Below, piece after piece: positions 38,230 to 52,000 of a stretch of 64,000 nt of DNA. Positions within the stretch are counted from its first letter, which is position 1. Every line of letters begins with the position of its first letter. The position numbers and the translations under genes are program-made. This DNA comes from Dicyema japonicum (lineage: Eukaryota; Animalia; Dicyemida). Location of the stretch: NCBI GenBank assembly GCA_011109175.1, contig RDEW01000016.1, positions 422,811 to 486,810 on the forward strand, read 5' to 3'. Below the pieces are notes generated by a model, which saw nothing but the letters and a program-made list of their open reading frames with translations, searched no databases and had not been told where the DNA came from.

Positions 38230-39630
38230 CAGTAGGGCAACATTTTTGTTGACTTAAAAAATAAAAATTGCCTTTAAAAAGTCAATTTAATTGATCTCAA
38301 AATTTTAAAAATTGACCGAAAAATTGACCAAAAAATACTAGTTACAACTTTATTTTCATAAACTACGCTTATGAAAATTTAATGTAATTTTATTCATCGT
38401 TTATCGAGTTATTCACAATTAAGTAATATTTTAGATTATCCGCTTTAAAATTCCTATCCTGACATTCAATCAACAAGAATAATCTAAAGGTGAAATGGAA
38501 TGATCATCGAAATTCATTATTTTTGTGATATCACTAGAATTCATTTTTTTGTTAATATAGTTTTTTATTCCACGTACGTCTTCTTTAAAATCCAATTTTT
38601 TCAAATAATTGTATGCTTTGTAGTAAAATTGATCGATTCTAAATCATCAAGCAAATGTAATGAAGGCGACTATTGTGATATTATCGTCGTTAGATCTTCA
38701 TGAAGTTGTCCATTAAACAAACATTCTTTCGCTCTTTTAATAAGCAAAGAATCTCCTCCTAAGGAAGTGCATATTTGAATAACATTTGCCAGGTTTGTGG
38801 CATAGCAAGAAACAGCCTTAAGCCAGCTCCCACATCTCGTAGCTATTGGTTCTGGTGGTTACCCAATTTCTTTAAAAATTATGCAGTAAATGAGCAAAAC
38901 ATGTGATATAGACTAGAATATAATAACTTGAGGGTATTTCCTGCAGAAACCATATATGGAGCAGCATCGGTAATAAGGAAAGAAAAATTGTTTCTTTCAA
39001 CATTAATTTTCCGAAGTGTCATCAATAATTTGACTGATGATAGACGAATTCGGAGAGGAATCAATGTTTATACAATCCATTAGGTAAGAGCTTTGAGGAA
39101 TTGCAAACGTTCCAACTAGAAAATTAACAAATTTGTTTCTCCCAACGTCAGTTTCGTCCACAAGCAAAAAAACCTTATTTATTTTATTTATTTATTTAAC
39201 AATTAAATTATTCAAATTAACTTTCTTTTTGAAATTAAATTAATTATTTTGGATATCATTTGTTGAGCTAAAATTTCTACTATATTGCTGCAAGTAAACT
39301 CTGAAGGAAATGGATTTTGCGGATACAAATGCTTCCGTCTGTCGCAAAATTTCTGAAGAAATTATTTGGAACAATATTCAATTGTTTTTTATTTGTGGAT
39401 ATATTTATTCGTGATGAGTGGTCTGTGTTTCCTGTGTTTGCTCACAAAAAATTGTTTTTTGCAGGTTACGGGTAACTCACATAATTTACAAAAAAGCATT
39501 TTATTCAATGTATTGAAAACTCTTTGGGATATTTGTCACAAATATTTTAGCTTTTTTAAATCGGAAGGCTTATTTTTAGGCATATGTACTGTACAATTTA
39601 CTTAAAGATTTGTTACAATAAAACAGAAAT
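38230..39630 (-). mobile_element. Degraded hAT-superfamily (DUF659/CGGBP-like) DNA transposon
   Basis: FLLVDETDVG, FLITDAAPYMVSAG, PEPIATRCGSWLKAV; terminus cagtagggcaac with AT-rich subterminal repeats. Confidence 0.75.
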
Positions 39631-39659
39631 GTCACGCCGATTATTTAAATTTATTTTGA

Positions 39660-41330
39660 TGCTTATTTATTTAACCCCCAGACCACCAGGAAAGATAGGT
39701 CAAAACTAACTAATTAGGTGATCCCAGCCTCCAGCAACATTCGAACTCTCTTCATTCGGTCTTCTGCAAAGGAATTCAATCGGCGTGCACATTTTTATTA
39801 CCGACCGAAATTCCTCTCCACCTTTTCCTTGAATGGGTTTCCAAGTTCCTTGCAGAAACGTAGGAAACCCTGGCCATTTTTCAACGTTGGCTCATCAGAA
39901 ACGAGGTCGCCAATGGGGATGTCCGTGTGGTGCATAATTCTCCGCCTGAGGGAGTTCAGACGGTCCATTCTCGAAGGGGGAATCGCAAATTTCCAAACGG
40001 AGCAGGCATATTCAATAGTCGGTACGATTACTTGTTGATAGACCTGGGCTCTTTTTTATCATCGCATTCAGAATGTTCTTTTTCCGAAGACCCTTGGCGA
40101 GCACCTCTTCCACGTGACTCAAGAACGTCAACAGAGAGTCGAAAACTACACTAAGGATTTTCTTGGTCCGGGTAGAAGAGATGGGAGTGTTTTCGGTAGA
40201 TATCTCAAACCCACCTTTGAGCCTTCTGTCCGTAGTGAATAATGTGAACTGAGACTTGGATATACATAACATATTTGCAGATAGCCAGTCACAAATTCGG
40301 TTTAGGTGTGCCTGAACAGCTGTTACAGCTATGGAAGAAGATTTATCTCTTGCAGCGATAATTAGGTCGTCCGCATAGGATAAAAACAAAGTGTTCTAGT
40401 CATAGGTATTAGGTAGGTCATGTAAATAGGTTGAAAAGGAGAGGAGATAATGGGAAGCCTTGCAGGACTCCATAGGAGAGTAGTCTTGATTTTGAAGTGG
40501 TTTTGTCGATACGGACTCTTCCATGTCGTCCAGTTAAAAAGTCTTCCTGCCATAGCTTGATGTTTGGGTGTAAGTTCGAGTTAAAAATCTTTTGCGTTAG
40601 CAGTTTCTACGGATCAGAGTCAAAGGCCTTCTGTATGTCGATGGATACTAAGGCCGTCCGTAAGTGTGTTCTCATGTTGAAGCCGTCAGTAATAAACTGA
40701 TTACTAATCAGGTAATCAGGAATGTCAAATAGAAACCCAGACTGGTCTGTGTTTGAAGAGATTTAATTTAACTCGTGGAAATTTTCCTGAGCTGTTAATT
40801 ATAGTTTTGATCGAAGACACGTGGCAACGGCAGTGACCACTTCACCAGGAAAGGCAAATGTTTCCTGGTGGAATGAATTTTCGTTTATTTCACCATGATT
40901 TTCCGCGACGGCTTATCCTTTATTTCAATTTAGGCGGGTTTTTAGAGATTATTTACCACAGTCCGAGAAAACTGAGTACAGTAAGGTCCCTTAAATTGGC
41001 CCAAATTTTCCCTGAACTATTTGTGGACAATTTGGGAATTTGAACAAAAATGTGTTAAAAATTTTGTCAAATATCACAATTTATGTCTAAAATGAGCTTG
41101 ATCCTAGAAACGATTGAGGTTTCTACAAAATCAGGTCGGAGTTGATCTTTGATCGAAAAACTGAATTGTGGGAAGAGAAGGGGTTCATTAGAAATGAGTC
41201 AATGGGAACCAATGATGGTATATTCAACGTAATAACCACTATCTGAGTTCACATATACTACCAGGTGGTCATAGAGTGGCGTCATGTGATCCACCTGTCT
41301 AGGTGGCGCTCAGTGCCAGGCCGGCACGAA
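39660..41330 (-). mobile_element. LINE (APE end and RT), degraded
   Basis: SIDIQKAFDS, LSYADDL, KKILSVVFDSLLTF, IEYAC; ends LEAGIT* with the family tail. Confidence 0.85.
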
Positions 41331-41492
41331 AAAGGATCCCCCACTCTACTGGAGGGGTATTCACAACTGCAACTATGGACGTTTTTACCTATGTTGATTC
41401 CAAATGGACTCTGTTCTGTAGAAGTAGAAACTTGATACACTTAATTAGTAGTTTACTTTTACTTCTTTCTCGGTGTATCCGTGATTAATAAA

Positions 41493-42228
41493 TGTCGTAT
41501 GTCATAAGAACCCGGGGCGTTGATACTGTCCGGGTTGAAAAGACAAATTTATCACTTGAAAACATTAACAACCACTAAGTTTTGTCTCAAGAGAAACAAA
41601 ACAGAGAGAAGTTAAATCCCCAAGGAAAATAGAAAAATAAATCCCGGAGTAAAGTAGAAATGTTAAATCCCCATGGAAAAGAACATAGATATAAGGTTAC
41701 TTTATACCAAATCCGAAAATATTTAGGTAATGCCATATTATTGAGATATTTATATCTTATAACATTAAACTGATAAGGTTGAATTAAGTAATTCAAATTA
41801 AGAATAACATTTAAAATATAAAAGAAAGTATTAAACTATGTGATAAAAATTACAAATTACTCAAATATCGATTATTCAAACTTTTCTTGCTTAATCGCTT
41901 TATTGACTCAAAATAAAATTTTTAAATTTTTAAAAAGAAATTAAAAATATTAAAAAAAATATTATATAACATTCAAATAACCATTTTCACGCTAATCGCT
42001 TTATTGACTCAAAATAAAATTTTTTGTTTTTTGATGGAACAAGGGACCGATCCTTCGACCTCTTCTATTTTCGACCCTTTTCTTGTTTAATCGCTTTATT
42101 GACTCAAAATAAAATTTTTTGTTTTTTGAGGGAACAAGGGACAGATCTTTCGAAGCAAAACTTAGAGGTTGTTAATGTTTTCAAGTGATAAATTTGTCTT
42201 ATCAACCCGGACGCTATCACATACGACA
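41493..42228. mobile_element. Non-autonomous TIR element (TGT...ACA, Ginger-like MITE) with 5-bp TSD ATAAA
   Basis: About 75-bp TIRs TGTCGTATGT..GTCCGGGTTGA.AAGACAAATTTATCACTTGAAAACATTAACAACC.CTAAGTTTTG. ATAAA at 41488-41492 and 42229-42233. Three internal copies of aatcgctttattgactcaaaataaaattttt. Confidence 0.85.
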
Positions 42229-42778
42229 ATAAATAAATAATTGTGTACGTGAATTACTAGCACTATGTAAATGATCTCATGGTACAGGAACCTCAGAAGA
42301 GTTCGCCTGTCTCTTCTATTTGTGAGCCAATCAAACCTCGTATTTTCTCAATCCAGTTTAATCTGATTCCCCCTCTGCTTCTAATGAGGATAAATTCAAA
42401 TAATTTAATGTCAAATGTGTATCTTACAGCCTTGACTCACACTAGGAAATAAACGTGGGACCAACTTGTCATATTAGAAGGCTTATGTGTAAATCCTAGG
42501 AGGGATCTCTTGAGGTTGACAAAAAAACCACTTGTCATGGCTTTACCGCATGAAACCATATGGACAACATCAAGGTCATAAAGAACAAAGCCGCCTGTCT
42601 TTTCGGCAACGTAACTAAGGAATGAGTGACTAAAAGTCGTTCAGGTTATTCTCGGTTAATATAAATCTCTGAATCTGCCAAATGTAAAAAAACCACGACT
42701 ACACTGCATATTGTCCTGTGGAAGTCGTGGATAATCAGAAAGAGCTGGATAGCTTGGGAATATTCATCAATCTTAAAT

Positions 42779-44083
42779 GGAGTGCGGAAAAAAAGTCAAG
42801 CGGAAAAAAGGTCAAGCGGAAAAAAAGTCAAGTCCGTACGGAAAAAAAGTCAAGCGGAAAAAAAGTCAAGTCGTCTTTTTTAGTTTATATCGCATTTTTG
42901 TGATACTACTAGCATCTTTTAATTTTTAAAAATTTTTTCAATACTTGACTTTTTTTCCGCTTGACTTTTTTTCCATTTTTGAAAATTTTTCCCTTATAAA
43001 TTTTCGAAATTTAGCGCAAAACGGAAAAAAAGTCAAGTCCGCTAACGAAATCACGGACTTGACTTTTTTTCCGTTTATAAATTAAGATTTTTATTCATGA
43101 TCGTTTTATTTAAAAGTAAGCGAGTTTAGAATAACAAATTATTTAAATAGTTAATTTTGGCTAATGTTAATGAATTAAAATGTCCCGCCACAACTAAAAC
43201 TACACGTGGTGGAAATAAATTCTAAAATAATTTTTTCTACTTTTAAAATTTTTTTAAAATGTTATAAACATATGATTTTTATTTAACGTGAATCAAGGGA
43301 TTATTTAATGTGAATCAAAAGAATATTTAATATTCCATGCAATTGCTTTTAGGGCTTCTCCTACTGTTTTTTTCCGTCCTGGCGATCCAGACATATATTT
43401 AAAAGCCTTTTTTGTCTATCAATCGTTTTTTTATTTGTTCTTGTTGAAATTCTTTTTCCAAAGGAATTAAAATCCGTATATTGATTAAGTCAAAAAGATT
43501 AAACCAAAGCGAAAAAAGTCAAGGTCAAAAAGATTCAAAAAGGTCAAAAAGATTAAACCAAAGCGAAAAAAGTTAAGTCTATTTTATTATATTAGGAATC
43601 CTTGGCCCCCAAGCAGATGAGTTGGTTCGTAAGATCGGCTCCATGATTCAAGCTGTGACCAAGGATCTGCGAGAGACTAGTTGGTTCCGAGAACGTATCT
43701 CGTTGGCTATTGTTAAGGGAAATAGCATGGCCATTCAGATGCCTTAATTTAATTTTTATTCATTTGATAATAAAAAAAATTTTTATTATTACCTTGAAAT
43801 TCTTAAATTGATTTAGTCAAAGCGATTATACCAAAGAGGAAAAAAATTCAAGTCCGTGATTTCGTTAGCGGAATTGACTTTTTTTCCATTTTGCGCTAAA
43901 TTTCGAAAATTTATAAGGGAAAAATTATCAAAAATAAAAAAAAGTCAAGCGGAAAAAAAGTCAAGTATTGAAAAAATTTTAAAAATTAAAAGATGCTAGT
44001 AGTATCACAAAAATGCGATATAAACTAAAAAAGACGACTTGACTTTTTTTCCCCTTAAGGACTTGACTTTTTTTCCGCACTCC
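42779..44083. mobile_element. Foldback/MULE(Phantom)-like element with about 250-300 bp modular TIRs
   Basis: Left 42779-43075 and right about 43838-44083 are near-perfect inverted copies built from GGAAAAAAAGTCAAG units. An internal TTRGGNK remnant resembles a MULE N-terminus. No TSD found. Confidence 0.85.
43594..43780 (+). mobile_element. CRE-like 3' end nested inside the foldback element
   Basis: GILGPQADELVRKIGSMIQAVTKDLRETSWFRERISLAIVKGNSMAI followed by an AT-rich tail. Confidence 0.75.
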
Positions 44084-44789
44084 TGGATAACTTCAAACCA
44101 ACTTCCCATTAAATAAGGATAATTAATACCAGTGATAACTACATCCGGGGATAACTAATATAAACTTACCACGTGTTCGGTTTTTAACTGTGGCAGCTTT
44201 AATGTAAAACAATTTAATTCCTGAATGCGCACTTTATGGGTAGAATCATATGCCATAAATGAGAAGCACATATCAGTGGGGTATTTCAGGTGTTTCAGTT
44301 AGTTTAGGATAATCTACCTTGGTTATCTAAAATTATTTCAACATCACTCAAATTCCTTTGATGTTTGTGTTTGACAGATGAAAATCGACAAAAAAAATTT
44401 TGAGATAAGCAAAGCAAAATAGATTCCTATAGACAGTAACGCAGAATCATCCAAACTCTTCGGATTTGGCATATCGAGAGAGAATTTCAGCTACTGAAAC
44501 AAATCAAAAATACCCTTAGATTCCATCAAATCCTTCCATTCAACAGGCTAAGTAACGATTTACATTTTTGTGGAAGGGATATAATTTGGATGCTTTTAAA
44601 ATGAACTCTAGTGTATTAAGAGTATTATTCACTGTTTTCTTAAAACTCGAATATTGAATAAATCTTTCATGGGAGAGTGTTAAATACCTTGCCTGGCCGC
44701 CTATGTCGATAGCCAACTCCCTTCAACCTTTCAAAGACAGCAACTGCAAATCGTTGTGAAGCTTTCAAACACATGGTTAATTTTTTTAC

Positions 44790-47050
44790 CCCAAGATCAC
44801 CGGATTAGAAAAAGTTAAAAGTTAACTACTAACTAAGTGATCCCGGTTTTCCGGGTTCTGGCTCTCGTTCGGGGTCCTTGAAGATCCAATAGAATTGGTA
44901 AAAACATTCTCCACGATTCCCCGCATTTTCTAGATAGTCATATATAGATAGTGAAAGCGGACAGCCGGTTTTCATTGCCCACTGTACAAATGACTTCACT
45001 CTCCACCTTAGGTGTTCTTTAACATTCAATACGTTATCCACAGTTTTCTTATTAATTTTTTCAAGCAGCAAGTTGTGCGGCTTCTAATTTTTGAGACGAC
45101 GATTCAGAAATCATCGAGCTCCAGGAAGGACATGCGTAATCGATTACTGGCAGAATGTATTGTCTGTAAATTATCTGTGGTATGGTGTTTCGCCCGATAG
45201 GTGATCGCGACAAAATTTTCAGTATGTTGGTCCTCCTCTTGACCCTGGTAATAACGTCATTGACGTGTTGTCTGAATGTCACAAGAGTATGAACTAAATG
45301 ACTTTCCTGTAGAAACTTCCAGTTGATTTGATATGAGCCAATGTTCCACATACCAATATAACTTTGAAGTTTCATCCCTGTCTTCCCATAGTTAGAGTCT
45401 CTCGTCGTAAAAAACAATGTCATCTGCGTATGAGAGTATCAATGTATCGGGATCATCATTGGTGGGAAGGTCGTTGGTGTACAAGTTGAAGAGCAAGGGA
45501 GAGGGGTGAACCTTGAGGGACCCCATTCAGCAATAAACGGGATTTAGATTTTCTGTTGTCTGACATCACTTGTCCTCTTCTTCCATTTAAAAAATTCAAC
45601 AGCCATCATTTAATGCTTGGATTTATAAGAGTGTCAGAAATTTTCTCTATAAGCAGCGTCCGGGGCACGGAGTCGAATGGTTTCTTCAAGTCTATTGAAG
45701 CCATTATGGTCCTTTATGTGGTTTTGGATAGGAGAATCCATCAGATATATATTGAGTTAATTTTGTTAAGTGAGTCGTAGTATAATGATTTTCACGGAAT
45801 CCATGCTGGAATACTCGATTTGGTGCAATATCTTTGATTCGTGTTAAGATTACTTTTTCCATAATTCGGGACAAGGCACATAATATTGCAATTGGACGAT
45901 AAGAAGAGGGATCGTTTGCAGGTTTGTTTGGATTCCGAATTGGCAAAATGTGGATTCTTCCATATAGAAGTGCCATATTATTGTTCACAGATAGAGTATA
46001 AACGTATGATAGGAATTCGGTTGCTTTTTCACCAAGGTGTTTCAGTTCCAGCATGAGACATTGTCAGCACCTCGGGACGGGAGTTTTGGCATCCATGATT
46101 GCGTTTCGAACTTCTTGAGGAGTAATGACAATCAAATAAAGATGGATACAACTTCTTCTTTGACTCTGTGTTCCCTCGAGAAATTTTTATGGCTGATTGC
46201 GGCATAGTGTTTCATTAAAATTTGGGTCGATGTTGCTACATCCATGTCCATGGAAGGCTTTCTTAGAGCCTTCATTGCAACGTCTCAAATATCTAATTTT
46301 CCTCCATCAGCGTCTCGGATGTATTTGGCATAGAGAACCAATGACATCAATTTTTGGATCTAGACTGGGTGAACTTGTTTAATTTGTATATTTAAGGTTT
46401 TCATTTTTTGGAAATCGTCATTGATAAATCCTCTTGCCTCTTTAATTTATTTCTTTCTCTGATAAGTGTTTTTGTAGGGATTCCTTGTTTGATGGCATTG
46501 GAATAAATAGATTTCTTGCTTGAAGTATAATGTCCGTAAGTTTTTATCATGTGGTCAATTGATGAGAGTACCAATGTGTAAAGAAAGGTCAGGGGATGTA
46601 GGTTTGTCTCCTGTTCGAGTAGGTGTTCTTGTGGTACTTTTGGTGTTATTCAATATACAAAAGGAACCTCGAAGTTATCGATATTTGCTGAGACTCGGGC
46701 TCCGGTTGGGGCATATACATTTATAATGGAAATGACTGAGTTGCAGTACTGCGACACGGTCAGATGCTGCACACACTCTTGTAGCACTGTAAATCAGGCC
46801 CTGACTGCAAATCCGAGACTATAATGTCGGCAGGCCGATGTGAGGGTAAATTGGTGGAATTTCACATACAGTTCTGTACATTTTACGGTCGTTTTTGTCT
46901 CTTGTAGACAAGATACAGAGATGTTGCATTTTGCTAGGTTGCATGCCAGTTTATGTTTCTTGTGAGGTTTTTAAGTCTTCTGCAATTGAAAGTTTCCATA
47001 ATGAACGGAGAAATCGGTAAAGAATACAAATAAGACATAGTCCAATAGAA
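44790..47050 (-). mobile_element. LINE (APE and RT), degraded
   Basis: CLQETK, TSPDLSL, PANDPSSYRPIAIL, QHGFR, GVPQGS-like/LFNLY, LPVIDYACPSW; ends gggatcacttag. Confidence 0.85.
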
Positions 47051-47759
47051 ATGTCGTCACCACCTCAACCAAAAAAACCGACAGAATAAATTGACTTTAT
47101 TATTTAAATCAGCTTTTCCACCTACTCTAACACCACGTTTGAGTTTGATCGAGAAAGGGGAGAACCCTCAACTTTTTGCTGGAAATAATCTCACACGTGC
47201 ATAATATTTCATGATTCTATTTTTACTAATTTTATTTTCCAGATCATCAGGATGTAATTTATTGAAATAAAAATATTTAAAAGTCAATAATCAAGTCAAA
47301 ATTACCATCAATACAACTAACAATATTAGTAACAAAAACCTATAATCAACATCAGTCTCGACCTTCCATAAACTCTCTTTCCATTGCTCTCATAAACTCC
47401 CTCTTTTTACAATCTACAGACAATCAGACTCTCTTCGTCATTATTGCAGATATGTCCATTTGTTTTAACAGAAAACCAGAAAAAGTGGTCGGATAATCAA
47501 CTGATTCTGTCATCAGTTTATTGTAGAGGGTCAGTCTTCGTTTATGCATGAAATTGTTAGAAAAGTGATGTCCTTCCTCCTTCAACTTGACCATGTAGTT
47601 ATAGCGAGATTACGAACCTGTTTTGTCTTTGACAGAAATATTTTATTTATATAAAAGTCCACTTCGTAATTCCCACTAAATTTTGGTAGAAATGGAAGGT
47701 CTTCGACAATAACACAAATTTTCAATATCTCAATAAACGAGAACAAGATACACCACATC

Positions 47760-48140
47760 CTGAAGAAAAACAAACCACCAAACTCTCCATCCTCCTACCG
47801 CTTGTTATCCATCATCTGTGACTTGTCACGAGTGTTGGAAAAACTGGGCCTTCCCAAGATCCGTACTTTTGTAGCTCTACTATCTTTCTACATGGATTCC
47901 ACGAAGGACACTCAACAACAACTCGTTCAATAAAACTGATACCTGAATACCCCAAATTCACACGAGAGAACCGTGCTGGTCTCAGCGGATGTAGAGAAGG
48001 CTTTTGACTCAGTATCCAATATCATTCCTGATCAGATTAAACCTTACCTTCCATTTTTATCTTTCCAACACGGTTTTAAGAAAGGTCACTCCACAACAAC
48101 TCACATTACATGCCTAACAAAATTCATAAATAACAAAAAC
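47760..48140 (+). mobile_element. LINE RT fragments
   Basis: PSSYRLLSII, SADVEKAFDSV, FQHGFKKGHSTTT. Confidence 0.7.
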
Positions 48141-49239
48141 AAAATTCATAAATCAACGGACGGAATCGATTTCTTTCTTTTACTGGGGCAATTCTGTCAT
48201 ATCCCTTGGCACAGATCTTGCAGCCATCATAGTACGTTTGACATAAGCGATCACTCTGTCCAGGATAGTACACTCATTCAGGAATAAATTCTAAAGTATG
48301 TTATCAGTAATTGCATGGTAAAGTTTCCAGTCACCATGTTTGTATTTGAATTGCCAGTTCCCCCTCCTCACAAGCCAGGAGTCTCTCTTGATCTTCTAGA
48401 TAATAGAATTTTGATCGCTCCCCATTTATAAGATAAGGCCCAGGACGCTATCGCAGACAAGTCGGGAGAACAAATAGTGCGAAGTTACTTGGTCATTCAT
48501 CCTGTGACGATCATTCATGACCGCCATCGAACTGGTTTGTGTTATCAGCAATTTCCCTCTTGAATCGGGAGGTTTACTTTCCAGCCAAAGAGGGTATTGG
48601 TGGTTAAAATCTCCCTCATGACCACATCATTCAAAGTAGATATGTCGGTACACAGGAACCAATTTTGGGCACGTAGCTGTTCACAATGGAGTTTCCCATT
48701 TGATGTTCCAAGTGAAATCACTTTAATTATTGTTTTGAGTTTGATGGTTAATAAAAATTCTCTGTCTGTAATGATGCTTATTGATTTTCTATAGTAATTT
48801 GAATTTTCGCAAGTAACTCAATACTGTTGGTTTACAAAGATAATTTTTTGTAATAAAATAATTTTTAACAAAGAAACAAATGTCAGTTGAGGAAGCCGGC
48901 TGCGTGGATTGCGAACGAGTTCCCTCTGAGTATGGATAATAATTCCATGCAGATTTTTTTGTAAGTCGATCGAAAAGTAAGATTTTATCAGGGAAATTTG
49001 AATCACTTTAGGTTTCAATCAGGCAATGGACATGAGACAGCTAATCATCACGAACAGAGGCACAGAAACCTTCAACCGACTTTACAGATTATTCGATCGA
49101 TTAGATGTGACAAAGTAAGATTCCATTTGCTTGCGGAGAAAAGTGCACAAAACTATATCCAACAGATCCAAAGTACAGTTATCGGACTTGTTTGACTAAA
49201 ATGCAAAATGCTCCGTAAAAAAGTTTAATGTAAAAATAA

Positions 49240-49960
49240 AAAGTAAATCAAAAAGCTAATTTTAATAAATTTAATGCAGAGAATAATTTTAATAAATGTA
49301 GTTTTGCATTTTCTTGCTTTAAATATATATGAATTGAATTTGAAAGAGTCGTGGTACCATATTCATTAGAGGCTGTACAACTCATTGTATGTCCCTTTGT
49401 AATTATTGCTCCTCAACTTGACTCGACATTTTTTTCCTGTAGTATATTCTGTTATGCAGTCCTTTTTTCCATCAGTAAAGTTCTTATCTTATAAATTTTC
49501 AATACCAAAAAATTGTTTGGTCCTATGATGCTGACATTCAAATCCGCAGTAGGCGAGGAGATACAGTTGATGTTTTCGATGCCTCTTTCAATGTTTGTTG
49601 ACTCAAAATAAACTTTGGGGGTGCTGAAAATTATAGTTATAAAAACCAATATCAGCATTGAAGTTTTTCTTAAAGCCATAATCAAATTGAACAAAATAGA
49701 ATCCCTGGTCCTGTTTTATGATGTTATTTATGATAAATCCACAATCAAAGAGGGAATATTTTGTAGAATTATCTATATAATTTCCACACAAAACCCATAT
49801 AATTATTATCTTTTAGCCATGTAACTTTATGTTTTATTTTTTTTAAATTTTAATCTCACATGAAACATTAAAATTCGAAACATTCTTTAAAAAATTAATA
49901 TTTTTGCATTTAATGATCTTTATTTCGTCATCTGTACATTTACATAACTCATCCACCATA
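49240..49960 (-). CDS. Immunoglobulin-superfamily protein with two Ig-like domains, frameshifted in this assembly
   Basis: Joined frames give NFNVSCEI...VTWLKD...IINNIIKQDQGFY, a short intron, then PKVYF..INCIS...MSCTASNEYGTT. These are the Ig C, W, DxGxY and CxAxNxxG hallmarks. Confidence 0.5.
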
Positions 49961-51619
49961 ATTATGCAATTTTAACGTTTTTGAGGAGTTTTTCCCATTC
50001 TCCAAACATATTATATTTCACATTTCTGATCGCCAATATAGACATTCCATATGAATTGGCTATTTGGTATCCGTCTTTAGGGGTTTTCCCTTGAATTTCC
50101 ATAGGAGTGTCGCATCCTCAGGGAGATACAAAACCCGAGAAAAGATTCATTTATCCTCACATAATTTGTTTCGTAATTAATTTTAATTAAAATTAAATCT
50201 ACAATATATTATCATTTTATTTTAAATAATAAAAATAATAAACAAAAATCATCATTGATATCGTCAAATCGAATTATATAATTAAGCCAGGGATATCAAA
50301 TTACCATGAAAAATTATCAGAAAATATCGATATTTGTTGAACCTCGAAGTTGGAACTCAAGTAAAGTGATAGTCAATTTTATTTTTAAGGGTTTTTTATA
50401 CTTAGATTAATTTAACCAAAAAAGCTCAATCAAACTTCGTGTCCACAGAGATCGACAAAATAAGTCCTTCTAACCCCAAAGGTTCAACTTATCAGTCTCA
50501 AATTGAATTAAATGTATTGACGAGTAAAATAATTAATTTGGGATAAGTTCAATTTGGACAACAATTATCTAACAAATCAGTCCTCGTATTGATCGGGGGT
50601 AATGAACTACAATTTCCTACAAAATTAATGTCCCACAAGAATTCGCTGAGCTGGAGAATCAAACACAAAAATGAAATTAGACAAGATTTGAAATTCCACA
50701 TGAAGATGCAATCGAAAGTCTCTCCGACCCACTTGAACTTGGAGTCGAAATTAAATTTTAATGAAAATTTTTAAATAATCGATTTAACCGGGCGGGGTCG
50801 GAGAGTTGTATAAGCGCCCATAACGAAGATTTTAAAGTTTTGCATTTCACGAGCGATGCTTTCAAACAGTCCTTTCTGCGAGAATGAAACCTCAGATTGC
50901 GATGAGTCGAACAAGGAGAACATTCCTCCGTGGGCTTCGACAATTAAAAAATCTGGGAGAAGACTCAGAAATTTGTCAACTAAAAAAACTGAAATCAGTT
51001 TGGCATGTAATTTAAATTTTAGAAAAATAAATCGATTTTTTAATTTATTATTATTAATTTAAAACAAAAATATTACAAAAAATAAAAATAACTTAATTAA
51101 TAAATACCTTATTGGTTGAGTGGTTGATATCTCTTTTTCTCGTAGTCTCAGTCTGTCTACTCTACCCTGTTTGTTATACAACTTTCAACGTCAGAGGAGT
51201 CGCTTCGGACACTAACCAGAGACCTTTGGAACGATGCAACCTCAATGAACTGGGAGACATGTGGACAAAAGTTACGTTGAGAAAACTGATAGAAGGATAG
51301 TGAAGAGCAGGACACAAGCGGAATCCCAAATATTCACATGCTTATGGATAACGTGGGGGTGCATTCAACTTACTAGGTAATCCTCATTGATGAGAGTGTC
51401 GTACTTCCCTGTGTAGACTTCTTTATTAAGACATTCTACACATGATTACTAAAAACTTTCATTCAGTAACGATACAATGCTAAGAATCGATGATGTGCTT
51501 GAAGATCTTGACCAATCCTTAATCATTTCTCTTAGAAAAACAAAATTGTAAGTACACTTGACGAATTAGTTGTCTTCTTCACCAAAATCAAGGGTCACAT
51601 TAACAAGAATGTTTAATGA

Positions 51620-52000
51620 AAAGTACTACACATCTGGAAGATCTTTGGTCTGGGACGCAACCTGTGTTGATACGTATTCAACCTCCTAAAATCGGTTCAG
51701 ACACCGCTGGAGCAGGTGCTTCAATTGCGGAAAACCTAAAAATCAAAAAATATTCTTGCCACGGGGACCTGGTACCGCTTTACTTCTGTTGCGGTCAAGT
51801 CACCAAAAGCCGTTGGTCCAATGACGGATGAGTCTTTGCGCGAACTTGGAGGAATGCTTGCCAGAAAAAAGGGGATCAACGAGAAGGGTTCTGGCTAAGA
51901 CAAAGGATTGGAGTGGCCATACTCCGAGGGAACTCATTCGCGATCCACGCAGCAGGCTTCCTCAGTTAACATTTTTTTTTTTCAATAAATTGAATAAATA
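51620..52000 (+). mobile_element. CRE-like RLE 3' end
   Basis: LVWDATCVDT, AENLKIKKY, FWLRQRIGVAILRGN. Confidence 0.75.

Noticed and set aside
42781-42872. CRISPR-like or telomeric array (GGAAAAAAAGTCAAGC units)
   Set aside because: No unique spacers and a eukaryotic context. The units are TIR sub-repeats mirrored at 43838-44083.
50300-51060. Plus-strand gene with a KEN box (NKENIPP)
   Set aside because: A short motif in low-complexity AT-rich sequence, with no coherent gene model.
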